DNA from: an uncultured virus (IMG/VR IMGVR_UViG_3300025128_000028)
Lineage: Duplodnaviria; Heunggongvirae; Uroviricota; Caudoviricetes
Strand: one strand, 5' to 3'
Length of the DNA stretch: 64,000 bases
IMG/VR virus record: IMGVR_UViG_3300025128_000028
Shown: piece after piece, positions 38,743-49,254 of the stretch
Numbering within the stretch: position 1 is the first letter of the stretch
Layout: the number at the start of each line of letters is the position of its first letter
The notes under the pieces: generated by a model
What the model saw: only the letters and a program-made list of their open reading frames with translations
Told to the model about the DNA's origin: nothing
The model's database searches: none
Position numbers and translations under genes: made by a program

Positions 38743-40482
38743 TTGGTACAAAATTATCTAACATTAGAGGACGGTTCAACACAACTTACACTAGAAGATG
38801 GTACTACAGCGTTATATATTAATGATACAATAACTAAAGATTTAATATTCAAACACGGTGTTATTGGTTCTGTAATATCAACTAGTTTATTAAAACATTA
38901 TATTAATCTTCAAGTTGCAAAAACAATAGAACTTCTTACATTAGAAGATGGATCAACATTATTAACCCAAGAAGATAACACGACAGGACTAATTATTTCA
39001 AATAATGCAGATACATTTAAGCATATTGTAAGAGCTGGAGTTGTTAAATCCAATGTATTAAAGCATAATTTGAGAGCTAGTGTTATAAATTCTAATATAT
39101 TAAAACATAAAACAATAGAGAAAATTATAAACACCACACAGTTGAAACATAATTTAAGAAGTGTAATTGTTAAAGCCAATATATTAAAGCATAATTTAAG
39201 GGCAAGAATTGTTAATAACAATATAGTAAAACACAATATAAGGGCAAGAATTGTTAGTGATTATATATTAAAACACAGCAACGTTCAAAAAATTATTTCA
39301 AATTATATATTAAAACACAATACTATAGAAGCAATAATAAAAACCAATGTCTTAAAGCATAATTTGAGAAAGTCTATGACAGTACGCCATATATTAAAAC
39401 ACTACGACTACGGTGTTGCAGTAGCACTTTACAAATTTAAACATCAAATAATACAGAAAATTATTGTTACAGATAAGTTTAAACATAATATAAGAGTAAA
39501 GGTCGTAAAAATAGTGGACTATCTTACATTAGAAGATGGATCAACATTATTAACACAGGAGGACAACTCAACAGGAATTATAATTTCAAATCTAGCAGAT
39601 ACATTTACACATAATATAAGAGCTGGAATTGTTAAATCCAATGTATTAAAGCATAATTTGAGGTCTAGTGTTATTAAATCCAATATATTGAAGCATATAG
39701 TAATTGAAAAGGTTATAAAATCCAACATATTGAAACATCAAGTAATCGAGGGAATAATCAAACCTGTCGCATTGAAACATAACATTAGACAGTTCACAAC
39801 TGCAACCCATATATTAAAACACAGCATGGGCGGTCTTGTTATATTATCAACCTTGTTTAAACATACTGTAATTGAAGCAATAACAAAATCCAACATATTG
39901 AAACATAATCTTAGAAAACAAATGACTATAAATACTGTATTAAAACATAGACTGTTTAACCCTGTTCTAAAGGAAATTATATTCAAGCATCAGATTGGTG
40001 GTAAGGTTGTTGTAGATTATATATTGAAACACGACATTAGGGGAATATTAGTTAGTAATTATATATTAACACACAGTATTAACAAATTTACTACTAGTTA
40101 TAATATTGCTAAACATAATATAAACACAGGAATCACAAAATCCAATATATTAAAGCATAATGTAGTTGCACCATCTAGATTATTTGTGGCATTAAAACAC
40201 AATATACAATTTGCATTAACAAGCACTCATGTATTAAAACATGATATTAGGGGAATATTGGTGGCTACTCATGTATTAAAACACAGTATGTCCCAAATAC
40301 TATCTACTACTCATATATTGAAACATAGTGTTTCTGCAACCCTAAATATATTACATATATTAAAGCACAATATTGGTCAGTCATACCTAATAACTATGGC
40401 TAGAAAACTCAAGATGAATGATACTAGTAAATCCATAAAGTTTAATACTGATAATAATGAAACCAAGAGTGAAGGAAATTGA
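38743..40482 (+). CDS. His-repeat fibre protein (14-aa KH repeats)
   Basis: 33 (K/T)H units counted; three LTLEDGST motifs. Confidence 0.8.
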   Translation: MVQNYLTLEDGSTQLTLEDGTTALYINDTITKDLIFKHGVIGSVISTSLLKHYINLQVAKTIELLTLEDGSTLLTQEDNTTGLIISNNADTFKHIVRAGVVKSNVLKHNLRASVINSNILKHKTIEKIINTTQLKHNLRSVIVKANILKHNLRARIVNNNIVKHNIRARIVSDYILKHSNVQKIISNYILKHNTIEAIIKTNVLKHNLRKSMTVRHILKHYDYGVAVALYKFKHQIIQKIIVTDKFKHNIRVKVVKIVDYLTLEDGSTLLTQEDNSTGIIISNLADTFTHNIRAGIVKSNVLKHNLRSSVIKSNILKHIVIEKVIKSNILKHQVIEGIIKPVALKHNIRQFTTATHILKHSMGGLVILSTLFKHTVIEAITKSNILKHNLRKQMTINTVLKHRLFNPVLKEIIFKHQIGGKVVVDYILKHDIRGILVSNYILTHSINKFTTSYNIAKHNINTGITKSNILKHNVVAPSRLFVALKHNIQFALTSTHVLKHDIRGILVATHVLKHSMSQILSTTHILKHSVSATLNILHILKHNIGQSYLITMARKLKMNDTSKSIKFNTDNNETKSEGN

Positions 40483-40838
40483 GTGTAAGAAGACAAGACT
40501 TTGGGGCAACATTTACCATCTTTGCAGGTACAACAAAAACCATGCAAATCACAATACTTGATCCTGATACAGGAAATGCAAAATCACTTGCCGATACAAA
40601 CGTATATGCTTCAGGCACAGTAAAAATATATAAGCCGGGTGGCACTCTTGTTGGTGCAACTATGTCAGTCAATTTTGTTAATAGATCGGAAGGTGTAGTA
40701 AATTTTACAGTTAGTGGAACAAGCCAAGCTACAACTACAAATGCAGGTAATTGGATTGGGGAAATAGAGTTCACAAACACAGGTGGTCTAAAAGTAGATC
40801 AACAGTCGTTTAATATAGATATAAAAGAAAGCTACTAA
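40479..40838 (+). CDS. BppU-like Ig-fold baseplate/fibre attachment protein
   Basis: GTTKTMQITI...GVVNFTV...AGNWIGEIE. Confidence 0.6.
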   Translation: MSVRRQDFGATFTIFAGTTKTMQITILDPDTGNAKSLADTNVYASGTVKIYKPGGTLVGATMSVNFVNRSEGVVNFTVSGTSQATTTNAGNWIGEIEFTNTGGLKVDQQSFNIDIKESY

Positions 40839-40870
40839 ACACTTATATTATCAATACGATATTATAATAT

Positions 40871-41185
40871 ATGTCAGTTGATATATCCACTAGAGAACAT
40901 AAACACATACAGATGACAAAGGCAACATTTCATTCTGAAACATTAGCACCACTTAAAAAAGCAGATGGAACAAAGGGTAAGCCTAGATTTTCTGTAGAAC
41001 CACTTGTGTATATACAGGGTGTCGGTTGGGAAACTGTTGATCCTATGGCAAGTGGAAATGAATTTATGATAGCATTTTATAATTATGTTCGTATAAAAGA
41101 ATTAATGGGTTATGAACATACAGGGCTTGATTCTTCTGAAATTAAAACTGTATTGGAAAACCTTTGGGGCGAAAAGATTGAGTGA
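40871..41185 (+). CDS. Hypothetical protein
   Basis: First ORF of the replication operon; TATA upstream. Confidence 0.65.
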   Translation: MSVDISTREHKHIQMTKATFHSETLAPLKKADGTKGKPRFSVEPLVYIQGVGWETVDPMASGNEFMIAFYNYVRIKELMGYEHTGLDSSEIKTVLENLWGEKIE

Positions 41186-41331
41186 TGAAATTACAGTAAA
41201 AGTTCAACGAATGTTTCCTAATTGTGAGAAATACAAGAAATGTTGCACAGAATCAAAGATGGAAGACTTGGTGTCAAGGGCAAATGGTATTGATATTAAA
41301 AAATTACTTAAGGATATAGAGGTAGAAAAGA

Positions 41332-41712
41332 TTGAGTGATGATTATATAACAAAAGATAGTGGCTCTAGAAGACATTTTTCTACAGGTTCACAACGAGAT
41401 GTTGTTAAAGGTAAAGGTAGATATGATCTTATATCACCTATTATGATTGAACGATTAGCAAAGTTATTACAACGAGGTGCAGAAAAATATGAAGATAGAA
41501 ATTGGGAAAAGGGTATGCCACTATCAGTATATATGGATTCAGCTATGCGACACTTGTTTAAATTTCTTGAAGGACATAAAGATGAGGATCATTTGATCGC
41601 AGCTATTTGGAATTTACAGGCATTATTACACATTGAAGAAATGGTTAAAAGGGGGAAATTATCGGTAGATTTATTAGACCTACCAAATTACGTGGGTAAT
41701 GAAACAAACTAA
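41332..41712 (+). CDS. dATP/dGTP diphosphohydrolase-domain protein (DUF5664-like)
   Basis: GKGRYDLI...GAEKYEDRNWEKG...SAMRH...EDHL...N. Confidence 0.85.
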   Translation: MSDDYITKDSGSRRHFSTGSQRDVVKGKGRYDLISPIMIERLAKLLQRGAEKYEDRNWEKGMPLSVYMDSAMRHLFKFLEGHKDEDHLIAAIWNLQALLHIEEMVKRGKLSVDLLDLPNYVGNETN

Positions 41713-41977
41713 ATTACATTCATTATTAGAAACTACTCACGCAGCTATTTTAGCCGCACCAACAGCTATATTGCTTCATAAGGTAATTCTTATATTGGCA
41801 GGGGAAAACGCTTTAAATGATAACCAAGATTTATTTGTAACATTATCATGGGTTGCCTTCTTCCTACATGGAATAATGTGGAAATATATAATCAGAAGAA
41901 TTTACAATCATTACGGAAAACGACTCGATCCTAGAAACATTTATACTAAGGTTAAAGGCAAGATACACATTGGGTAA
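41699..41977 (+). CDS. Two-TM membrane protein
   Basis: MKQTKLHSLLE start; two hydrophobic helices; YIIRRIY. Confidence 0.65.
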   Translation: MKQTKLHSLLETTHAAILAAPTAILLHKVILILAGENALNDNQDLFVTLSWVAFFLHGIMWKYIIRRIYNHYGKRLDPRNIYTKVKGKIHIG

Positions 41978-42401
41978 GGCAAAAAATAATCAGGCAAAGT
42001 CGTTCTTTTCATATAAGAATGATGATGTAGAACTAGTAGAAGTTGGTCAGTTTATACGTGATACAACAAAATACAGGGTAGAACGTGAGTGGTATATATT
42101 ATTTGATAGGGAAACAGGCAAATATGCAGGGTTTAAGGAAACATTTGAGAATAAACAATGCTTGTATGCCAATCCTAAAAACCCTGATTTGATTTTGATA
42201 GATAAAAAAACAGGCAAACTTGTTCTAATTATTGAGATTGATGGTGGGGTTCACGATAAAAAATTCCTTGATACAGAACAGCGAAACGAAGATTATATAT
42301 CCGCAGGGTTGCCATTGTTGGTAATAAATAAACTAGAGATAGAAACCACTATATTTGACTTAGTATATAAGAAATTGGGGGAAATTTTAATTGACAATTA
42401 A
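41970..42401 (+). CDS. DUF559/Vsr-like PD-(D/E)XK endonuclease
   Basis: PDL...IEIDGGVH...RN...G. Confidence 0.8.
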   Translation: MGKAKNNQAKSFFSYKNDDVELVEVGQFIRDTTKYRVEREWYILFDRETGKYAGFKETFENKQCLYANPKNPDLILIDKKTGKLVLIIEIDGGVHDKKFLDTEQRNEDYISAGLPLLVINKLEIETTIFDLVYKKLGEILIDN

Positions 42402-42660
42402 TCTCTATGTAAACAAAATATATAAGGAATTTATAGACCAACTTACTGTTATATCAGAAGCCAATAACATACCATTATCCACAGAAATATGTGAAGCAGT
42501 AAAAAAATATGTTCAGCAGTTAAACGATGAAAAATCACTATTAGCAGATAAAAAATATTGGGATAAGTTCATAAAAGACTCAACAAAAGAAGAACTCTAT
42601 GAAATGAGTAGGGTTATATGTGGGTTAAATGATAGGATAGTGAAACAAGTTTGTCAATAG
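42391..42660 (+). CDS. Ribbon-helix-helix protein
   Basis: TINLYV...LSTEICEAVKKYV. Confidence 0.6.
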   Translation: MTINLYVNKIYKEFIDQLTVISEANNIPLSTEICEAVKKYVQQLNDEKSLLADKKYWDKFIKDSTKEELYEMSRVICGLNDRIVKQVCQ

Positions 42661-45083
42661 AAAAATTAAAGGAAATGGGGTTTAATCTTATACCTCTCAA
42701 GCCCAAAAGTAAAGAACCTATTGGTGGACTTAATTGGAAACAGTTTCAAGAAGAAAAATATAATGGCAGTTACCCTGATTCTTGCAACATTGGTGTAGTA
42801 TGTGGTCGTTCAAGCGGTAATATTTTTGTCGTGGACTTGGACGATGAGTCGTTATATGATGATTATCCACAAGAAATAAAGAATACATTTACAGTAAAAA
42901 CAGGTAAGGGGTATCATTTGTATTATCACTTTCATGGATTTCCACCACCAAATAAAAAATTAGATGATAAGAGGGGAAGACACATTGATATAAAATCACA
43001 AGGGGGATATGTATTAGCACCAACTAGCGTACACCCAAATGGAAGTATATATACGACAATAAATGAATCCTCAATATTAGATATTAGTATTCAGAAATTA
43101 AAAGAACATCTACAAAAAATGGGATTTAATGTTGAAACAAAATCAATAGAAGAAATTTCAGAAGGAATTTCAGAAGGAGGAAGAAATGATTCCACATTTA
43201 AATACGCCTGTTATCTCATAAGAGAAAAGGGACTATTCGCTGAAGCATTAAAATTAGAAATGGATATATTAAATTCAAAGCATAATCCACCACTTGATCA
43301 GTCGGAACTTGAACTAATTATATCACAAGCGGAAAAAGCTGAACATAATAACATGACAAGGCATATAGAAGATGCTCGATCAGTAGTTGAAAAATTGAAA
43401 GGAAAACCAATCAAATTAAAAATGCAAGAGATAACCCCTACCTATGAAAACAAACCAATAGAATTTGATTGCATGATTACAGCAGTTGGTGAACGGAAAA
43501 CCTATACAGTTTCAGCAGATACGAGTTGTATTATATGTGGTCAAACCAAGAAAGTTTATTGTGATGACCTTCATATCCTACCAATACCCTACTGTATGAA
43601 AGATAAAAGACCTTATGATGTAGATGAATCTACTAAAATTACCGCATATATACAACAAATGAGGATACAAGAATTTTTAGAAACAGCTAGAAACGCAACA
43701 CCTGTAGAGTTTGATGCTGAAATTACAGATGAAGATGTAGGGGAAGCATTTATTGGTGATAGAAAAACCGTAACAGCGAGGTTTAGAAGCATACCAAAGC
43801 CAAAAGTGGCTTATAATGACATTGTATTTCAAATAACTGACATGAAAGACTTGGAACAAAAAGAAGGTTGTATGCCTTCCGCAGAAGAAATAGAAAAATG
43901 GAAACAAATGAATATTTTTGAACGTGTAACAGCTTCAATAGCACCTGATATATACATTAATCCTAGAATTGTAGAGTCATTGATTTTATGGGCTTGTGGT
44001 GGTAATACACTTAATGGCAAACGTGATCTTATTCATTGTGGAATACTTGGTGATGCACAATTAGGAAAGTCAGATTTATTATTAAAAATGTATGCACTAC
44101 TACCGGGATCAGGTTATACTGTTGGTAGAAATACATCAGGGGCAGGTCTTACTATTGCTATGGTTAAATTATATAATGGGACAATGATTCCTAAAGCAGG
44201 TTTTTTCCCACAGCATACAGGACACCCATGTATTATAGACGAGATAGATAAAATGAAAAGAGATGATCATAACTCATGTCTTGAAGTTATGGAGCAACAA
44301 ACAACTTCACAAGCAAAAGCAGGGACAGGTGGTGGTCTTACACTACCAACAAAATGTCCTTTACTCATAGCGGGAAACCCTAAAAACGGTAAGTTTAACT
44401 CTAAATACCCTACTGTCATGGACAACTTTGACATGGAAACACCATTTGTATCACGATTTGATATTTTATGGCTTCTTATTGACGACAATAACCCTGAAAC
44501 TGACAAGTTAATTAGGAAATTTATCAGAAGTTATCAAAGTAGAAAGCAAGAATATATGACCGTTGAAGAACTTCAGCGTTACTTTGTATATATAAGAAGT
44601 CTTGATGCAACTGTACCTGATGAGTTTATGGATAAGATTGATGAACTACACACAAAAATGCGACCATTAAATATTGCAAGTGGTGTTCCTATTGGTTGGC
44701 GACAATATCATGGATTATATAGACTACTAACTGCTAGTGCAAAAGCCAATCTGCGTAGTGTTGTGAATGATAAAGACTTTGAAATAGTTGAAAATATAAT
44801 TAAAGAGTCATATAAGAGTATGAAAATGAACTTGGAAAGTGGGGAAGTTAATGATACATATAAGAAAACAAAGGATACCAAAAAGGAAATAATACTAGTA
44901 ACTTGGGGTGAATGTATGGACGAATCTTTAGATAATACAGTAGATAAGAAAGAGTTTATTGATACTTTGGCAACTAAAGAGGGCTTTAACTCCCTAGATG
45001 CTCCAATGGTATTTAATAAAATGCTAAGTAATGGTGATCTTATATATGACAACGACTTGGAACGATACAAGAAGGTAAGATAA
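42651..45083 (+). CDS. mcm: Bifunctional primase-polymerase/PriCT fused to MCM helicase
   Basis: VVDLD, GYHLY, GGYVLAPTSVH (Prim-Pol); GGRN (PriCT); GDAQLGKS, IDEIDKM, EVMEQQ, SRFD (MCM). Confidence 0.92.
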   Translation: MSIEKLKEMGFNLIPLKPKSKEPIGGLNWKQFQEEKYNGSYPDSCNIGVVCGRSSGNIFVVDLDDESLYDDYPQEIKNTFTVKTGKGYHLYYHFHGFPPPNKKLDDKRGRHIDIKSQGGYVLAPTSVHPNGSIYTTINESSILDISIQKLKEHLQKMGFNVETKSIEEISEGISEGGRNDSTFKYACYLIREKGLFAEALKLEMDILNSKHNPPLDQSELELIISQAEKAEHNNMTRHIEDARSVVEKLKGKPIKLKMQEITPTYENKPIEFDCMITAVGERKTYTVSADTSCIICGQTKKVYCDDLHILPIPYCMKDKRPYDVDESTKITAYIQQMRIQEFLETARNATPVEFDAEITDEDVGEAFIGDRKTVTARFRSIPKPKVAYNDIVFQITDMKDLEQKEGCMPSAEEIEKWKQMNIFERVTASIAPDIYINPRIVESLILWACGGNTLNGKRDLIHCGILGDAQLGKSDLLLKMYALLPGSGYTVGRNTSGAGLTIAMVKLYNGTMIPKAGFFPQHTGHPCIIDEIDKMKRDDHNSCLEVMEQQTTSQAKAGTGGGLTLPTKCPLLIAGNPKNGKFNSKYPTVMDNFDMETPFVSRFDILWLLIDDNNPETDKLIRKFIRSYQSRKQEYMTVEELQRYFVYIRSLDATVPDEFMDKIDELHTKMRPLNIASGVPIGWRQYHGLYRLLTASAKANLRSVVNDKDFEIVENIIKESYKSMKMNLESGEVNDTYKKTKDTKKEIILVTWGECMDESLDNTVDKKEFIDTLATKEGFNSLDAPMVFNKMLSNGDLIYDNDLERYKKVR

Positions 45084-45380
45084 TTGGGAAAACTTAGAGA
45101 TTTAAGAGAACGTAGAGAACAAATGGATTGGGATGATCCAAATAGGATAGCCATTGAAGAAGAAATAAACAAGATAGAACAATGGTGTATTGACAATAAT
45201 AAGGGATTTGTAACCAAATTAACCACTTGGACTAACGGTTTGGGTGGTGATAACGAACTCTACCCGTGGCATACTGGATATATTGATGTAAAAGATATAT
45301 GGATGGTTGGGAGTTTGAATGGTAAAGGATTAAACTATAATGCTGACAAAAGTATTCACATTTGTCAACATTGTTCGTAA
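45084..45380 (+). CDS. Hypothetical protein
   Basis: Coupled to the MCM stop. Confidence 0.6.
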   Translation: MGKLRDLRERREQMDWDDPNRIAIEEEINKIEQWCIDNNKGFVTKLTTWTNGLGGDNELYPWHTGYIDVKDIWMVGSLNGKGLNYNADKSIHICQHCS

Positions 45381-45542
45381 TTCTTATATATATCGACTGT
45401 ATATATAATATATGTCGAAATCCACAGGACTGAAACAATTTGATAAAGTAATAAAACCTGAAGATATATTGGGTTTGACAGATATACTTTGTCCTATTTC
45501 ATTATGCACAGATGACAACTGTACTTGTGAAGATGAGAAAGA

Positions 45543-46349
45543 TTAATCCATTTGTTCTAAATGAAATCTTCTTGTTAAATGGGAATCAAACGTTGGTTGA
45601 TCAGGTGCAGTATATCCACATATATCGCATATAAGAGGATTATTTTCTACAGGTGGCACTTGCCTTTCAGGGTTTTGCGACCAATCATTTTCCTCTTTGT
45701 TATATTCAGGTATAAAATCAGTCTTTGGATATGGCTCTATCTTATATTTTAATTTATTAAGTAGGTATTTTTTCTTACCCTTTGAACAGTTAAAGTAAAT
45801 ATATCTATGTTTTCTTGGTCTTCGTTTCATTTTTATATTATCATCGCCAAACCTTTCCTTTAATTCAGCAAAATTTTGTGTTTTACCTTGACCAAACTCA
45901 AGCCCACGATTGTGTTTATCTTCCATTCCTTTAATTTTTGGATCAGTTCTTTTCGCAGATAGTCCAATATATATAAAATTGGTGGCTTGATATACAACGC
46001 CTCTATGGTTATGTTGTGGTTCAGAATATGATATTATTATATCTTCTTTCACCTGTTTTATTGTGTTAGCAATTAAATATGATTCGGCATTTTTCAAACT
46101 GTCATCTTTTATCCATAATCTTGCAAGTTCCATAACATTATTTCTTTCTTCTTTTCCACATATACCTGCACTAACTGTTGGTGAGGCAGGTACACTATAT
46201 AATATAACACCTATTAATTCGTTATTTTCAAACAAACCAAAGGAATATGAAGCTGGTCTTGCCCTATGTAAATAATGGTTTTCTAAAATTATATGAAGTC
46301 CTTCTTCATTGGTTATTTTCCTTATTTCATATTTTTCTTTTATGTTCAT
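45543..46349 (-). CDS. Mom-like (GNAT) DNA adenine modification enzyme with C-terminal C2H2 finger
   Basis: HYLHR, FGLF, ELARLW, NAESYLI, ISYSE...HRGVVYQATNFIYIG, KHRYIY. Confidence 0.8.
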   Translation of the reverse strand: MNIKEKYEIRKITNEEGLHIILENHYLHRARPASYSFGLFENNELIGVILYSVPASPTVSAGICGKEERNNVMELARLWIKDDSLKNAESYLIANTIKQVKEDIIISYSEPQHNHRGVVYQATNFIYIGLSAKRTDPKIKGMEDKHNRGLEFGQGKTQNFAELKERFGDDNIKMKRRPRKHRYIYFNCSKGKKKYLLNKLKYKIEPYPKTDFIPEYNKEENDWSQNPERQVPPVENNPLICDICGYTAPDQPTFDSHLTRRFHLEQMD

Positions 46350-46487
46350 TTTATATCAATGGTACGGAATACAGGTATTTCACCTATATCTTTCATGTGG
46401 AACATGAACATCATAATCACTCGATTCGAGGAAATATTTAGACCAATTCCGTAATTTGTATAATATGAAAACTAAATATAAACGTAT

Positions 46488-46823
46488 CTATAATGCGACA
46501 TATTGTCTATATTCATCAATAGTTAATTTAATAATAACAGTTTTTTGTCCTTCTCTAATACCTTGTGCTAGTTGCATACATCTATTAGAACAGTATTTAT
46601 TAGCCTGTTTTCTTTCACCAACCTTTAATATATCTCTATGACAAATTTCACAATCCCTACTTGTTGGAATATATTTTTCTCTATAATATTTTTTTCTTAA
46701 ATCTTCACTACATTTTTTAGAACAATATTTAGAGCCACTTCCAAAAAATCCCTTTTCATATAATTTATTACAATAACTGCATTTTAAATGAGTTTTTGTA
46801 TATTGATTTGGCATATATAACAA
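46488..46823 (-). CDS. Treble-clef zinc-finger protein, paralog of 2948..3292
   Basis: KYCSKKC and VGERKQANKYCSNRCM. Confidence 0.75.
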   Translation of the reverse strand: MLYMPNQYTKTHLKCSYCNKLYEKGFFGSGSKYCSKKCSEDLRKKYYREKYIPTSRDCEICHRDILKVGERKQANKYCSNRCMQLAQGIREGQKTVIIKLTIDEYRQYVAL

Positions 46824-46848
46824 CTATTATTCCGTAATTTAAACGTAC

Positions 46849-49254
46849 CTACCATTGTGTCATGGTAGTTTGTGATCCCCTTCCCATCAATATATCAATA
46901 CTGATTTGCATTGGCTCACATACTTGGCTCATTACACTTTCTAAACTATCCATATATTTTTCCTTATCAATATCACTACGGTTAGCCATACTTAGTGGAC
47001 ATACTTTGGGATCTTTCCACGTTTTTATAAACTCTACAAACTGTCCCTTCTTCACCTTGCCAAGTTGTTCACCAGCTTTAACTGCTTGTGGTTTTGTCTT
47101 ATATTCGCTAGGTTCTTTGGCAACCATGACCTTAAATGACAGTTGATCTAGTGGTATAGAATCAAAATTGTCTATTACAGATTTGATAACATACTTCACT
47201 TCTTCTTTTACCTCGTTAAAATCTGATATATTTTGAATTGGAATTAATTTTTGCAGAACATCAGTAAATAATTGTTTTACAAACGGTGGTGTATTTGATT
47301 TTTTACCACTCAAACCTTTAATATCTAACGTTCCGTCAGTTTTTACACCAAAATAATTCTTCTTTCTATCACTTAATACTAAATATTTATACTCTTTTTC
47401 CATTTCCAAGTCTATTGAATAGTTGTCTTTACAGTATTTTATCAGGGTATCTATCTGTTTTTGGGTAGGTTTATGGACAAAAACACTATCGGTATCACCA
47501 TATAGTACGGGTAATGATTCAGAATTTGCTACTTTAATTGTTTCCATAATTATATTTCGACCAATGGCAGTTACAGCTTCGGCAGTTGGTAGGAAATATA
47601 ACGAGAAGGTTTCAGCACCAATTACACCATAACTTGCATTGAGGAATACTTTTAGTGCTTGGGCTATTGTAGTGTTTATATCACGATCCTTTTTTGTCTT
47701 TGCCATTTTGCTTAGAATCTTGAAGTGATTTACCCTTAATTCCTTTAATGAGCCAATTAATAATGATGCCATTCCAATCTTTTTCGTGCATGACCAATGT
47801 TGTGTGTACGGGATTATATTGTTTTTGCATTGTTCGTGCCTACAACATACTGTTTCATACGATATATTCCGAGTTTTGATAATACTTGGATATAGACTTG
47901 CGAAATCAAGAACAGATACTTGAAAGTGTATTCCACTCACAGGCTTTAATACTTCAGCACCCTGATATTTCTTGCCCCTCACCCCTGCAATCGTAGTTCC
48001 TTCAATTTTAGGGAAATCTGCATTTCGAGGGATCATTTGACCATTTATTCTATGTTCATTATAGAACATACTCTTGATCCAATTAGATATACTAAGCCTT
48101 GATATATCGTCAATAGGCATATTAGCAACCCTACATAATATAACAAGCAAGTTCATAACCAAGTCGTTGTTATAGTGCGACAATTCATACGTTAATCTAC
48201 TATCGTTATAACAATATTTACTCAACAGATTAAGTGATATATCAGCAAGACTACCAACATACTCTACTTTTTTCTCACCCAACATAGCCTCACTAACATC
48301 GTCTAATTTATCCGTAACATACTTTCCACCAAAGGCATATATTTTGAGGGAACGATTTGAAAATACACTATATAAGTCAATATGAATACCATTGTTCAAC
48401 GTAGCCTTTTCCTTCATCATCTTGAACGGATTATATTCTAGTTCAAGAACATTGGCACGATTATATAAATATGGCATATCAAATATATCACCATTATATG
48501 TTAGAACAATAGGATAGGAATCTATGATTCTAAATGCCTCTTTTAGCAATTCTTTCTCGTCCTCAAACCAAACAATTTCATATTTTCTGCCGACTTCTTC
48601 TTCGCCCATAGCAATTTCAGGTCTTTTAAGAGTTAATACCTTCTGCATATCTTCCGAGTGAAATGATATTGCTGTGATTCTTTCTTTTGCTTTACTACTG
48701 TCAGGCATTGTATCACCAACTTCCACCTCAATATCAAATGCAAGTCGTTTTATATTCGGTATATTTTGACCAAGAAGATTAGCCCACTTACCCACCTGTT
48801 TTGAAAATAGTTCTGTATCTACGACTGAATCCATGTCTATATTTTTTAATTGTATTGTATCAGTTGATTCTATTGGCGATATATTGTGGTTATCAATGTC
48901 ATACCAAGTTCCAACCACATATTTTTTGTCATATAAGAAACTTTGATAATATTTTATATCACCTTCCCAACATATCCCACTATCACGCAGGTCATATATA
49001 ACGCTTGGATTATCAACCCTCACCCGAAGCATGGACACATATTCATCTTTTATTACATCATATATATCGACTTCCTCTATATTATTTATACCTAGAATCC
49101 CATTCAGTTCAGATTTTTGGGACGGTTTTACATAACAATATTGCTTATATTCCGAGTCGTCCACCATTATAATTTTATTACTAAGAGGCTCATAAAATTT
49201 GAGTATAATCTTTCTATTTTGAAATACACAAGATAATAATATACACTTTGTTAT
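46849..49254 (-). CDS. polB: Family B DNA polymerase (archaeal PolB1-like)
   Basis: FDIEV, YNGDIFD, DFASLYPS, KVFLNASYG and YGDTDS motifs; frame open 29 codons upstream of ATG49167 to ATA49254. Confidence 0.95.
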   Translation of the reverse strand: MTKCILLSCVFQNRKIILKFYEPLSNKIIMVDDSEYKQYCYVKPSQKSELNGILGINNIEEVDIYDVIKDEYVSMLRVRVDNPSVIYDLRDSGICWEGDIKYYQSFLYDKKYVVGTWYDIDNHNISPIESTDTIQLKNIDMDSVVDTELFSKQVGKWANLLGQNIPNIKRLAFDIEVEVGDTMPDSSKAKERITAISFHSEDMQKVLTLKRPEIAMGEEEVGRKYEIVWFEDEKELLKEAFRIIDSYPIVLTYNGDIFDMPYLYNRANVLELEYNPFKMMKEKATLNNGIHIDLYSVFSNRSLKIYAFGGKYVTDKLDDVSEAMLGEKKVEYVGSLADISLNLLSKYCYNDSRLTYELSHYNNDLVMNLLVILCRVANMPIDDISRLSISNWIKSMFYNEHRINGQMIPRNADFPKIEGTTIAGVRGKKYQGAEVLKPVSGIHFQVSVLDFASLYPSIIKTRNISYETVCCRHEQCKNNIIPYTQHWSCTKKIGMASLLIGSLKELRVNHFKILSKMAKTKKDRDINTTIAQALKVFLNASYGVIGAETFSLYFLPTAEAVTAIGRNIIMETIKVANSESLPVLYGDTDSVFVHKPTQKQIDTLIKYCKDNYSIDLEMEKEYKYLVLSDRKKNYFGVKTDGTLDIKGLSGKKSNTPPFVKQLFTDVLQKLIPIQNISDFNEVKEEVKYVIKSVIDNFDSIPLDQLSFKVMVAKEPSEYKTKPQAVKAGEQLGKVKKGQFVEFIKTWKDPKVCPLSMANRSDIDKEKYMDSLESVMSQVCEPMQISIDILMGRGSQTTMTQW

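Noticed and set aside
31259..40482. Diversity-generating retroelement targeting the fibres
   Set aside because: No reverse transcriptase and no template/variable repeat pair with adenine-specific mismatches was seen
41332..41712. 2-aminoadenine (Z) genome
   Set aside because: No PurZ/PurA-like gene is recognisable; the hydrolase domain alone is insufficient
42651..49254. Inteins or introns in MCM or PolB
   Set aside because: Catalytic motifs are contiguous and lengths are normal; RadA and TerL also look uninterrupted
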